From an uncultured Candidatus Saccharibacteria bacterium (GTDB lineage: Bacteria; Patescibacteriota; Minisyncoccia; Phycocordibacterales; GWA1-40-21): a DNA stretch of 64,000 nt. A program made the position numbers and the translations under genes. Shown piece by piece: positions 45,380 to 54,572 of the stretch (its first letter is position 1; every line of letters starts with the position of its first letter). The notes under the pieces are model-generated. The model saw only the letters and a list, made by a program, of their open reading frames with translations, made no database searches and was not told the DNA's origin. The stretch is from contig CAZIID010000001.1 of assembly GCA_964539415.1 (NCBI GenBank), positions 11,979 through 75,978 of the forward strand. Reading direction: 5' to 3'.

Positions 45380-47782
45380 ATGGCAGATAAAAAAGAGAAC
45401 AAAAAACTAGTACTACTCGATGTTCATGCAATCATCCATCGCGCATATCACGCACTTCCTGATTTTGCGACTAGTAAGGGAGAACCAACCGGTGCGCTTT
45501 ATGGTCTCTCGACAATGTTGCTTAAAATTATCTCTGACATAAAACCAGACTACATTGTCGCGTGTTATGACTTACCAAAACCGACTTATAGGCATGAGGC
45601 TTATAAAGACTACAAAGCTGGTAGAGCAAAAGCAGATGATGAACTCGTATCACAGCTTAAAAAGTCATACGACATTTTTAAAGCTTTTGATATTCCAGTT
45701 TATTCAAAAGAAGGTTTTGAAGCTGATGATATGATAGGAACGATCGTTGAACAAGGTAAGAAAGATAAAAACCTAGATATTGTTATTGCTTCGGGAGATA
45801 TGGACACTCTCCAACTTGTAGAAGGGGATAAAGTGAAAGTATATACACTTAAGAAGGGGATTAAAGATACGATTGTCTATAACGAAAAAGCAGTTGAAGA
45901 AAGATTTGGTTTTTCAGCAAGACTTTTGCCAGACTATAAAGGGCTTCGTGGTGACCCATCTGATAATATTATCGGCATAAAAGGAATTGGTGAAAAGACA
46001 GCGAGTGAACTAATACAGAAATTTGGTTCAATTGAAGAAATATATAAAACACTCAAAAAAGATAGAAAGAAACTTTTGGATGCTGGGGTGAAAGAACGAA
46101 TCGTTGGACTTCTTGAAACAAATGAAGAGGAGGCTCTATTCTCAAAAATGCTTGGAACTATAAGGCGAGATGCACCAATAGATTTTGTATTGCCAGAAAA
46201 AACATGGAAAGAAGGATTGGATTTTGAAAAAATAAATAATGTCTGGGTAGAACTTGAGTTTAGAACGTTAGGTTCAAGGCTTAAAACTGTACTAGGTGAA
46301 AAAGTTTCAATTGATGTTGATAACTCAGATGATTTGGTGGCGACGCTACCAAATAAAGAGAGCTTGGGAGCCTCGCTTCCAAGTGAGAAAATTGCTGAAC
46401 TTTCTGTAATACTCTGGTTAATTAACTCTACAATCACAACTCCTAAACTTGAAGATATATATAATTTTACAAAGACAAAAGATGGAGTTTCTGCGGAGAA
46501 GATTTTGTTGGATGAGATAAAAAATAAGGGGCTTTCTGAAGTTTGGGAAAAAATTGAAAAGCCGTTACTTCCAATAATAGTAGAAATGAAAGTGAATGGA
46601 ATAAAAGTAGATTCAAATGCACTCGTAGCACTTTCAAAAGAGTATCATGAAAAACTGTCTGAGCTTGAAAGAAAAATCTGGGAATTGTCTGGTGTAGTTT
46701 TTAATATAAATTCTCCAAAACAGCTTGGTGAAGTTTTGTTTACAAAGCTTGGACTAAAGCCAAAGAATCAAAAGAAGACAAGTAGTGGAGCAATGTCTAC
46801 AAAAGAATCTGAACTAGAAAAAATGCGTGATTTACATCCTGTGATACCTTTTATTTTTGAACATAGAGAATTACAAAAACTTCTTTCTACTTATATAGAT
46901 GTAATACCAAGTCTACTAGACGAAAAACAGAGACTTCATGCAACTTTCTTGCAAGCAGGAACAACGACAGGAAGAATGGCATCAAGTGAGCCAAATTTGC
47001 AAAACATTCCGATTAGAAGTGATCTAGGTAAAAATATAAGGAAGGCATTTATTGCAGAGAAAGGTTTTAAACTTGTTGCTTTTGATTATTCACAAGTTGA
47101 ACTGAGAATTGCGGCTTTTCTTTCTGGTGATAAAAAACTTATAGATATTTTTAAAAAAGGGGAAGATGTTCATACTGCTGTAGCCTCTGAAGTTTTTAAT
47201 GTTCCACTTGATGCTGTAGATAAAGAAATGAGAAGAAGAGCAAAGATAATAAACTTTGGAATAATGTATGGAATGGGAGTAAACGCATTGAAACAAAATC
47301 TAGGTACTGACAGAAAAGAAGCACAGATATTTTATGATGAATATTTTAAAAAGTTTGAAGGATTAGCAAAATATCTTGATAACACAAAAGCAAATGCACA
47401 AAGAAAAGGGTATACGGAAACATTTTTTGGTAGAAGAAGATATTTTGAAGGTTTACAATCTAAGTTGCCTTTTATAAAGGCGATGGCAGAGAGGATGGCT
47501 ATCAATGCGCCAATTCAAGGTACAGAAGCCGACTTAGTGAAACTTGCGATGGTTGAGGTGGATAAATATTTGGAAGGGCAAAAATTGAAAAATAAGGTGA
47601 AGATACTTTTGCAGGTTCATGATGAACTAGTTTATGAAATTTCAGAAGATGTTATCGGAACAGTTGTAAATAATATTAAAAAAATAATGGAAGGTCTGAT
47701 TCCGCCAGAAAAAGTATCAGGAATTGTATGTAAAACAACCATTGAAGTGGGGGATAACTGGCTAGAAATGGAGGAGATTTAG
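45380..47782 (+). CDS. polA: DNA polymerase I (5'-3' exonuclease + polymerase domains; no obvious 3'-5' exonuclease)
   Basis: N-terminal FEN-like 5' nuclease domain. Polymerase motifs A (DYSQVELRI), B (RRRAKIINFGIMYG) and C (QVHDEL). At 800 aa it is too short to include a proofreading domain. Confidence 0.85.
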   Translation: MADKKENKKLVLLDVHAIIHRAYHALPDFATSKGEPTGALYGLSTMLLKIISDIKPDYIVACYDLPKPTYRHEAYKDYKAGRAKADDELVSQLKKSYDIFKAFDIPVYSKEGFEADDMIGTIVEQGKKDKNLDIVIASGDMDTLQLVEGDKVKVYTLKKGIKDTIVYNEKAVEERFGFSARLLPDYKGLRGDPSDNIIGIKGIGEKTASELIQKFGSIEEIYKTLKKDRKKLLDAGVKERIVGLLETNEEEALFSKMLGTIRRDAPIDFVLPEKTWKEGLDFEKINNVWVELEFRTLGSRLKTVLGEKVSIDVDNSDDLVATLPNKESLGASLPSEKIAELSVILWLINSTITTPKLEDIYNFTKTKDGVSAEKILLDEIKNKGLSEVWEKIEKPLLPIIVEMKVNGIKVDSNALVALSKEYHEKLSELERKIWELSGVVFNINSPKQLGEVLFTKLGLKPKNQKKTSSGAMSTKESELEKMRDLHPVIPFIFEHRELQKLLSTYIDVIPSLLDEKQRLHATFLQAGTTTGRMASSEPNLQNIPIRSDLGKNIRKAFIAEKGFKLVAFDYSQVELRIAAFLSGDKKLIDIFKKGEDVHTAVASEVFNVPLDAVDKEMRRRAKIINFGIMYGMGVNALKQNLGTDRKEAQIFYDEYFKKFEGLAKYLDNTKANAQRKGYTETFFGRRRYFEGLQSKLPFIKAMAERMAINAPIQGTEADLVKLAMVEVDKYLEGQKLKNKVKILLQVHDELVYEISEDVIGTVVNNIKKIMEGLIPPEKVSGIVCKTTIEVGDNWLEMEEI
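46332..46354. mobile_element. REP-like hairpin ATTTGGTGGCGACGCTACCAAAT embedded in-frame in the polA inter-domain linker (translated DLVATLPNK)
   Basis: Same palindrome family as the hairpins flanking the RAYT-like transposase at 10246, 10485 and 10963. Confidence 0.6.
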
Positions 47783-47812
47783 AAAGCTAAAATAGTATAA
47801 GAAATTAGTATA

Positions 47813-48043
47813 AGCCTGCCTGCGCAGGCAGGTATGAGAAAGAACTGGATTGCCACGTTCGGAATACCTCACTCGCAAAGACGGAGCAGGGCTTCTTCTG
47901 TCATTGCGAGCGAAGCGTGGCAATCCATCTTCTCTGTCATCCCAGACTTGTTTACTCCGTGAAATTTCATAGTATTTCAACTGGGGATCTGGGATCCAGG
48001 ATTTTATCAACAAACTTTGGATTCCCGCTTGCGCGGGAATGAC
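47813..48043. mobile_element. Cluster of nested miniature inverted-repeat elements (CCTGCCTGCGCAGGCAGG palindrome; GGATTGCCACG...CGTGGCAATCC; TGTCATCCCAGAC...[45-bp insert]...ATCTGGGATCCAGG...GGATTCCCGCTTGCGCGGGAATGACA)
   Basis: Segment 47936-48043 is the reverse complement of 29929-29995 plus an inserted unit that is also found at 41228-41270. Confidence 0.65.
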
Positions 48044-48051
48044 AAAAAATA

Positions 48052-48110
48052 AATTAAAAAACCGAGGTTAAACCTTTCTACAGACTTAAGGTTTAACCTC
48101 GGTTTTTTTG
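48052..48110. terminator. Bidirectional terminator (ACCGAGGTTAAACCT...AGGTTTAACCTCGGT with A/T flanks)
   Basis: 15-bp perfect stem between convergent polA and tig. Confidence 0.7.
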
Positions 48111-48116
48111 TTCAGA

Positions 48117-49181
48117 CTAATTTTTCTGTGCTTCTAGAAAATCAAACACCATTTTGTTTATTAGATTTGATTCAACGTAAATTCTCACTCTGTCTATGGA
48201 AGCATCTTTGTATTGTTCCATAAGATGTTTAACTTCTGTTTCTACTTCTTCTTTTTTGGCTTCAATTTTTTCTGTGATTGCGATGTTGTGAACAATAACT
48301 TGTAGCTTAGCTCTTTTTTCAGCATCATCAGCCCATTCTTTTCTCAATTCTTCCCAAGTCTTTTTGATATGTTTTAGATAGTCTTCTGGTTTCATGCCCA
48401 TTCTTGTGATGTCATCTTCGAACTGAGCTTGCATTTTGTTGAGTTCACTCAACACAAGAGCTTTTGGCATTTCTATTTTTGATTCTTTGATTATCTCTTC
48501 AATAATAGTAAGTTTTTTCTTATCTTGAGCCTTTTGCTCTTTTTCTTTCATTATTCCTTCTTTTATTTTATCTCTAAAATCTGCAATTGTTTTAAAATCA
48601 CCAAGTTTTTTAACAAACTCTTCATTTACTTCTGGCAGATCAAGCTTTTCTTCTTCAGAATGTTTTTCACCTTCTTTATGGGTATGGTTTTGTCTTGCCC
48701 ACATAGCTCTTATTTCTTCTACAGTTTCATCTATTTGTTTTTCTTCTACTGTAATCTTTTCTGGAGTCTTTCCATTTTCTTTTACTGCAATTTTTTTGTA
48801 ATCGCCAAGTTTTACTTCTGGCATTGTTGCAACACGAACCTTGAACTCAAGAGGGGAGCCAATAGCAATCTTTGATATGGAAACATCCGGTCTGCCGACA
48901 AAATTCGGAGCTTTCTCAGCTATTATTTCCATCGCACAGTCATTTATAGCAAGCTCTAGTGCCTCTTCAAGAAGCCCTAGCTCACCAATTTTTTCTAAAA
49001 GCATTTTTTCTGGAACAAAGCCTTTTCTAAAGCCTGGCATTTCTGCTACTTCTTTCATTCTCTTGAGGGCCTTGTCTTTATAAGGTTTAATATCAGCTTC
49101 TTGTATTTCTACAGTTATTTCAACTTCACAATCTGGGAGTTTCTTGCTGTCCTTTATCTCGTATATTTTTTTGTTTGTCAT
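48117..49181 (-). CDS. tig: Trigger factor lacking the central PPIase domain
   Basis: N-terminal ribosome-binding domain with the MPGFRKGFVP signature, the linker, then C-terminal domain motifs (LPEVNEEFVKKLG). About 100 aa corresponding to the FKBP domain are absent. Confidence 0.65.
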   Translation of the reverse strand: MTNKKIYEIKDSKKLPDCEVEITVEIQEADIKPYKDKALKRMKEVAEMPGFRKGFVPEKMLLEKIGELGLLEEALELAINDCAMEIIAEKAPNFVGRPDVSISKIAIGSPLEFKVRVATMPEVKLGDYKKIAVKENGKTPEKITVEEKQIDETVEEIRAMWARQNHTHKEGEKHSEEEKLDLPEVNEEFVKKLGDFKTIADFRDKIKEGIMKEKEQKAQDKKKLTIIEEIIKESKIEMPKALVLSELNKMQAQFEDDITRMGMKPEDYLKHIKKTWEELRKEWADDAEKRAKLQVIVHNIAITEKIEAKKEEVETEVKHLMEQYKDASIDRVRIYVESNLINKMVFDFLEAQKN

Positions 49182-49234
49182 CCCAAGAGTCTATACGAAA
49201 ATGAGCAAAAATGCAAAAATAATTTGAGTATATA

Positions 49235-49262
49235 AAAAACACCGCGATTGGCGGTGTTTTTA
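49235..49262. terminator. Terminator (AACACCGC-GATT-GGCGGTGTT)
   Basis: Seen directly in the sequence. Confidence 0.65.
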
Positions 49263-49283
49263 AATTGAATATTTGAGTGCCCT

Positions 49284-49529
49284 TCAGAGCGAGTTTATTT
49301 CCGCATCCAACTTATTTATATCCATTGATTTTGAATCCAATTCAATGGTTTTTATATCGTCAGCTTCATTGTTTATTTCTTGTAGGACAGTTGCTTGTTT
49401 CTCCACATTTATTTTTGATGTGAACATATAGAAAGCGCCAAAAAGTAGAACCACCATAACAATCAACGTACCCCAAAGTGCACCAGCTCCTCCTTTTGTT
49501 TGATTGTTTGTTGTTTCTTCTTTATTCAT
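49284..49529 (-). CDS. Small single-TM hypothetical protein
   Basis: 81 aa with one TM helix. It overlaps the stop of the upstream gene by 8 nt and is followed by a terminator. Confidence 0.35.
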   Translation of the reverse strand: MNKEETTNNQTKGGAGALWGTLIVMVVLLFGAFYMFTSKINVEKQATVLQEINNEADDIKTIELDSKSMDINKLDAEINSL

Positions 49530-50151
49530 CCTGATTTATATTATCTGTTGTTGAACTTGTGCTTATTTCTTCATCTATTTTGGTATCTTCTGGACCTTTT
49601 ATGGATGATATTACTTCCGTTATGGAAGCTTGTGCAACCTTAATAGCTTCTTTTGTATTTTTTGTTTGTTCTTTAACTGCTTCTATACTTTCTTTTTTTG
49701 AATTTTTATTAAAATTGTCTGGAATAGTATCGGTCAATTTTACTAGTTCATTTTTTGCTAAAATAATATCTGAGTTTGCTTTTTCTAAAAGAACTTTTGC
49801 TTCTGCTATATCATCACCAGCTATTTCAGTTTTTTCTATTCTTGAACTTACTCTTCTTGATAGGTTTTCTAGGTTTCTAATAGCAACTTCAAAATTTTTG
49901 AGTGTCTTTGTTTTTAAGCTTTCTTCTTCAACTTTCTGGAACTTTTGAATAATAGATTTTAACAAGCTAACTTTTTCTTCTTTTTTGTTTTCTACGGCCT
50001 GTTTCTTAACTTCTACTTGTTCAATTTTTGCTTTTATTTCTTCTTTTTTTGCAGAAATAACGTCCTTTTTGTTGTTTAAGGTTTCTGCGTTAGCGAATGT
50101 ATTGAAACATAGTGTGAGTGCTAGTATTGATGTAAATATTGTTGTTTTCAT
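49522..50151 (-). CDS. Secreted coiled-coil hypothetical protein
   Basis: Signal peptide MKTTIFTSILALTLCFNTFANA. The upstream in-frame extension overlaps the nusA terminator hairpin, so the start is set at 50151. Confidence 0.4.
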   Translation of the reverse strand: MKTTIFTSILALTLCFNTFANAETLNNKKDVISAKKEEIKAKIEQVEVKKQAVENKKEEKVSLLKSIIQKFQKVEEESLKTKTLKNFEVAIRNLENLSRRVSSRIEKTEIAGDDIAEAKVLLEKANSDIILAKNELVKLTDTIPDNFNKNSKKESIEAVKEQTKNTKEAIKVAQASITEVISSIKGPEDTKIDEEISTSSTTDNINQDE

Positions 50152-50178
50152 AACAAAATAACTATAACACAGACTAAA

Positions 50179-50220
50179 GACAAATACAAAAACCGCCAGT
50201 TGGCGGTTTTTGTATTTGTC
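50179..50220 (-). terminator. Terminator (GACAAATACAAAAACCGCCAG-TTGG-CGGTTTTTGTATTTGTC)
   Basis: Long perfect hairpin downstream of nusA. Confidence 0.7.
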
Positions 50221-50230
50221 TTTTTTGGAA

Positions 50231-51421
50231 TTATTTTCCTGTCTCTTCTTCCTCAACAACTTCTTCAACGTATTCTCCTTCAATTGCGACGATATCTATT
50301 TTCCAACCAGTTAGTTTTGCTGCGAGGCGAACGTTTTGTCCTCCTTTTCCGATAGCAAGCGATTGCTGATCTTCTGCAACTTCAACAACTGCTTTCTTTT
50401 CTGTATTATTAACTGAAACAGAAAGTATTCTTGCAGGGGACAGGGAATCCTCAATAAACTTTGCAGGATCTTCTGACCAGGGAATAATATCTATCTTTTC
50501 TCCAGCAAGTTCACTCATAACAGTAGAAACTCTAACTCCACGTTGTCCTACCATAGAACCAACTGGGTCAATATGTTCATCTTTTGAAGACACTGCAATC
50601 TTTGATCTTGATCCAGCCTCTCTTGCAATAGCTTTTATTTCAACTACTCCACCAGCGATCTCAGGAGCTTCTGTTTTGAATAACTCTTCTAAGAATTTTG
50701 GATGTGAACGAGAAAGTCTCAAAAATACGCCTTTAGGTGTCTCTTCAACTCTGTAAAGGTAACCTTTGATTCTTTCACCTGGCTTATATTTTTCACCTGG
50801 GAGCTGTTCTTCAAAAGGAAGTATCGCTGTAGCTCTACCCATATCAACAAAAAGATTTCCTCTTTCTAATCTTTGAACAGTACCAGAAACAATTTCTCCT
50901 TCTTTTTCTCCATATTCTTTGAATACAGAAACTTTTTCTGCTTCTCTGATTTTTTGGATAATAACTTGTTTTGCTGTTTGGGCTGCGATTCTTCCATAGT
51001 CGCTCTTTTCTTCAAGAGGGAAGACAAGCTCTTCACCAAGCTCTACACCTTTTTTGATTTTCTTAGCGTCTTCTAAAAAGATGTGATGTTCAGGATTGTA
51101 ATATACTGGCTTGTTTGGATCATCTTCAACTCTTTCTTCTACATTAAACTTTTCTCTCTTTTGTTCTCTTTCTGGTTTCTCTTCAACTGCTTCACGAATA
51201 ATAACGTTGTCTTTATCAACAACGATTTTTACTTGGAAGAATTCTGCTTTACCAGAATTTAGATCAAGTTTTGCTTTTATTATTTGTCCTCTCTTTCCGT
51301 ATTCTTTTTTATAGGCAGTAGCCAAAGCCATTTCAATAGCTTCAAACATTTTTTCTTTTGGAATACCTCTCTCTTGTTCCATTTGCTCTATAACCGAATT
51401 TATTACTTTTAGGTCTAACAT
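50231..51421 (-). CDS. nusA: Transcription termination/antitermination factor NusA
   Basis: N-terminal domain MLDLKVINSVIEQMEQERGIPKEKMFEAIEMALATAYKK, an S1 domain, and two KH domains (AVSSKDEHIDPVGSMVGQRG...LAIGKGGQNVRLAAKLTGW). Confidence 0.85.
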   Translation of the reverse strand: MLDLKVINSVIEQMEQERGIPKEKMFEAIEMALATAYKKEYGKRGQIIKAKLDLNSGKAEFFQVKIVVDKDNVIIREAVEEKPEREQKREKFNVEERVEDDPNKPVYYNPEHHIFLEDAKKIKKGVELGEELVFPLEEKSDYGRIAAQTAKQVIIQKIREAEKVSVFKEYGEKEGEIVSGTVQRLERGNLFVDMGRATAILPFEEQLPGEKYKPGERIKGYLYRVEETPKGVFLRLSRSHPKFLEELFKTEAPEIAGGVVEIKAIAREAGSRSKIAVSSKDEHIDPVGSMVGQRGVRVSTVMSELAGEKIDIIPWSEDPAKFIEDSLSPARILSVSVNNTEKKAVVEVAEDQQSLAIGKGGQNVRLAAKLTGWKIDIVAIEGEYVEEVVEEEETGK

Positions 51422-51840
51422 ATTGTTTTTTATAATTTTTTTAAAAAAATAAGCTCGCTTTCGGCGAACTAACAGTATTACTATTATATACCTAATGACT
51501 TTTAAAGTCAATATCCACAGTAAAAGTGTATATATTTAGCCGTTTTAAGTAGTTTTACATAGGCTAAGCCTATGTAGACAGGAAAAGTGGTCAACGTGCC
51601 ACGTTGGCCACTTTATTATAAAATATTACAACACACATAATCGAATACCAAGGTCCGACCTTGGTAGGTACTCTCGTCATTGCGAGTGAGGTGTGGCAAA
51701 CCAGTTCTTCCTTATACTCATACCCCAGTAGTAGAAGAATCAGAATTCTTCACTACAGGGCAGGCTAATATTTATACTATTTTCAACTTATCCACCCTCT
51801 CAATTTGCAATCCAAACATTATCTTATATAATATACTCAT

Positions 51841-52554
51841 ATGAATACTAAACTCAAAACTCTTTCTTATATCATCGGCGCATCACTTGTAATCGGAGGC
51901 GTAGTTCTTGCGGGTTCACTTACACCAACAGTCGTAGATACAAACACCACCTCAATGGTTACTCTACAAGACCTATGGAACAAAACCCAAGACTTCACTT
52001 ACTCCACATCTTCTTCTCCTCGTTATGTATCAACTTCATCTTCTCCTCTTGCATCCTTCAGATCATTACAAGATGTTTGGGACTCTCTTACTGAAAATCC
52101 TATAACATCAAACATTATACTTACTGGTAATACAGTGCTCGGTGTGGAGGGGAGTGCTACTGCTGGGGCTCCGGCTCTTGTTTGGTCTAATATTGCACCT
52201 ACTCGACTTTGTTGGGATGCTTCTGATTTTTCAAGTGAAGCTAATTGTTCTATTGATGGTTGGACAGCTGAGGGTTATGGTGCACTAGAATATTGTGAGA
52301 ATCTTGTAGAGGGTGGGTCAAGTAATTGGAGATTGCCATCAATCACTGAACTTTTAGCTGGTTTATCAGGACAAGTTTTAGAGGTCCCTGCTACAGTAAG
52401 TGGTTTTGATGAGATGCTTACTTATTATTGGGCTGCTGCTTATCCATATACTCCAATTCATGCTTATAGAGCTACCAGTAACCAAACTATGACTCAAGTA
52501 ACAGCTGATTATACAACTAAAGGTGTGAGACACGCTGTTCGTTGTGTCCGATAA
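51841..52554 (+). CDS. Secreted protein with a DUF1566 (Lcl C-terminal-like) domain
   Basis: N-terminal TM/signal segment and the WRLPSITELLAGL motif characteristic of DUF1566. Confidence 0.45.
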   Translation: MNTKLKTLSYIIGASLVIGGVVLAGSLTPTVVDTNTTSMVTLQDLWNKTQDFTYSTSSSPRYVSTSSSPLASFRSLQDVWDSLTENPITSNIILTGNTVLGVEGSATAGAPALVWSNIAPTRLCWDASDFSSEANCSIDGWTAEGYGALEYCENLVEGGSSNWRLPSITELLAGLSGQVLEVPATVSGFDEMLTYYWAAAYPYTPIHAYRATSNQTMTQVTADYTTKGVRHAVRCVR

Positions 52555-52575
52555 TATTTATCAAACTATTTAATT

Positions 52576-52609
52576 AAAATCAGCGCGCGGTACTCCGCGC
52601 GCTGATTTT
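52576..52609 (+). terminator. Terminator (AAAATCAGCGCGCGG-TACT-CCGCGCGCTGATTTT)
   Basis: Seen directly in the sequence. Confidence 0.7.
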
Positions 52610-52671
52610 GTTTCTCTTTGTTCTATTCTTTTTTACACAATTTTATTTCTTTTATGATATAATTTTATCAA

Positions 52672-54432
52672 ATGCATCTTGAGAAAAATAAATTAAGAGA
52701 GTTTATTTTGGATTCTGGTCTTATAACAAGAACAGAGTATGACAAGGCTGAATCTGACGCCAAAAAAGATAAGAACGGTGAGACTGCCGAAAAGATTTTA
52801 GTTAGTTCTGGAAAAATAACTGAAGATGACTTGAGAAGAGCCAATGCTTACGTCTTCGGTATTCCTTTTGTTGATTTAAAAAGTCAAAAGATTGATTTTT
52901 CTGTTCTTTCTTTAATTCCTGAGCCTGTTGCAAGAAAAAATAACATTATCGCTTTCAAGAAAAATGAAGATTCTTTGGAAGTCGCAATGCTTGATACCCA
53001 AGACCTCGCTTCTATTGAATTTATAAAAAAGAAAGTTGGTTTAAAAATATTACCGAGACTCACAGATCTTGAATCTATAAAAAGTGCGATACTTCAATAT
53101 CAAAAAAGTTTGAAAGCAGAGTTCGGGGATATGATTCAAAAAGACGCCCTTGTTATCAAAGATTTTGGTAACAATGTTATTACTGACGAATCTTCTGAGG
53201 GAGCACTGAAGAAAATGGCAGAGGATCTTCCGGTTGTTCGTGTTGTAGAAACACTTTTGAAACATGCTATTTTACAGAATGCGTCAGATATTCATATAGA
53301 ATGTTTAGAAAATAGTGTGCTTATTAGATATAGAATAGACGGCATACTTCACGACGCTATGATTTTGCCCAAAAATTCTGCGACAGGTATTATTGCAAGA
53401 ATTAAAGTTTTATCAAACCTAAAGCTTGATGAAAAGAGATTACCTCAAGACGGAAGATTTAAGATAGATTTGAATGCTGAAAAAGTTTCTTTTAGAGTCT
53501 CTATTATTCCTACAAACTACGGTGAGAAGGCGGTTATGAGACTTTTGAGAGAAAATGTTGCTGGCTACACACTTGAAAGTATTGGTTTTCACGGTGAATC
53601 ACTTGAGGCGGTTTATGAAGCAACAAGACAAGCAAATGGAATGATCCTAACCACAGGTCCGACTGGTTCAGGTAAGACAACAACTTTGTATTCCATTCTT
53701 GAAATATTAAATACTCCATATGTGAATATATCAACCATTGAAGATCCTATTGAATATCAAGTTCAGAGAATTAATCAAACGCAAGTAAAGCCAGAGATTG
53801 GATTTTCTTTTTCAAATGGACTCAGATCACTTGTAAGGCAAGATCCAGATATTATTATGGTGGGGGAAATTAGAGATAATGAGACGGCTGCTATTTCTGT
53901 AAACGCTGCACTTACTGGCCACCTTGTTTTATCAACTTTGCACACGAATAGCGCTGCTGGAGCAATACCTAGACTTATGGATATGAAGGTGGAACCATTT
54001 TTATTGATTTCAACACTTAGAATTGTTTTGGCACAAAGACTTGTTAGGAAACTTTGTAAAATAAAAGAGAAATATTTTTTAACAAAAGCAGAAATCGCCA
54101 CTATTGCTAAGAATGTTGATTTAAATAGAGTTTTGGAATTCCTTAAAAAAGAAAAAATAATAGGACCAAAAGATGACTGGGAGAAAATTCCTTTTTACAG
54201 ACCAAAAATTTCCGAAGAATCTAAAGACGGTTTTAAGGGTAGGGTAGGAATTCACGAGGTATTAAAAGTATCTTCTGCTATTAAAGATATTATTATTAAA
54301 GGTGGAACTACAGAAACGATAGAAGAGCAAGCAAAAAAAGAGGGTATGATGACAATGATTGAAGACGGTATTTTTAAAGCAACTCAAGGTTTAACGACAC
54401 TTGAGGAGGTATTGAGAGTTGTTAGTGAGTAA
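52672..54432 (+). CDS. pilB: Type IV pilus assembly ATPase PilB (GspE family)
   Basis: Walker A GPTGSGKTTT and the GspE N-terminal domains. First gene of the pilus locus. Confidence 0.8.
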   Translation: MHLEKNKLREFILDSGLITRTEYDKAESDAKKDKNGETAEKILVSSGKITEDDLRRANAYVFGIPFVDLKSQKIDFSVLSLIPEPVARKNNIIAFKKNEDSLEVAMLDTQDLASIEFIKKKVGLKILPRLTDLESIKSAILQYQKSLKAEFGDMIQKDALVIKDFGNNVITDESSEGALKKMAEDLPVVRVVETLLKHAILQNASDIHIECLENSVLIRYRIDGILHDAMILPKNSATGIIARIKVLSNLKLDEKRLPQDGRFKIDLNAEKVSFRVSIIPTNYGEKAVMRLLRENVAGYTLESIGFHGESLEAVYEATRQANGMILTTGPTGSGKTTTLYSILEILNTPYVNISTIEDPIEYQVQRINQTQVKPEIGFSFSNGLRSLVRQDPDIIMVGEIRDNETAAISVNAALTGHLVLSTLHTNSAAGAIPRLMDMKVEPFLLISTLRIVLAQRLVRKLCKIKEKYFLTKAEIATIAKNVDLNRVLEFLKKEKIIGPKDDWEKIPFYRPKISEESKDGFKGRVGIHEVLKVSSAIKDIIIKGGTTETIEEQAKKEGMMTMIEDGIFKATQGLTTLEEVLRVVSE

Positions 54433-54572
54433 TTGTGAATTATTAATCTAATAGGATTTATCCTGTTAGAAATTGCGATTAGTAGTATAAAAAATATTTG
54501 TTTTATAAGGTTGTTGTATAATTTAAAATGTTGTGGGTTACGAAATCAAAATCGCACTCTACTTCTAATAGG

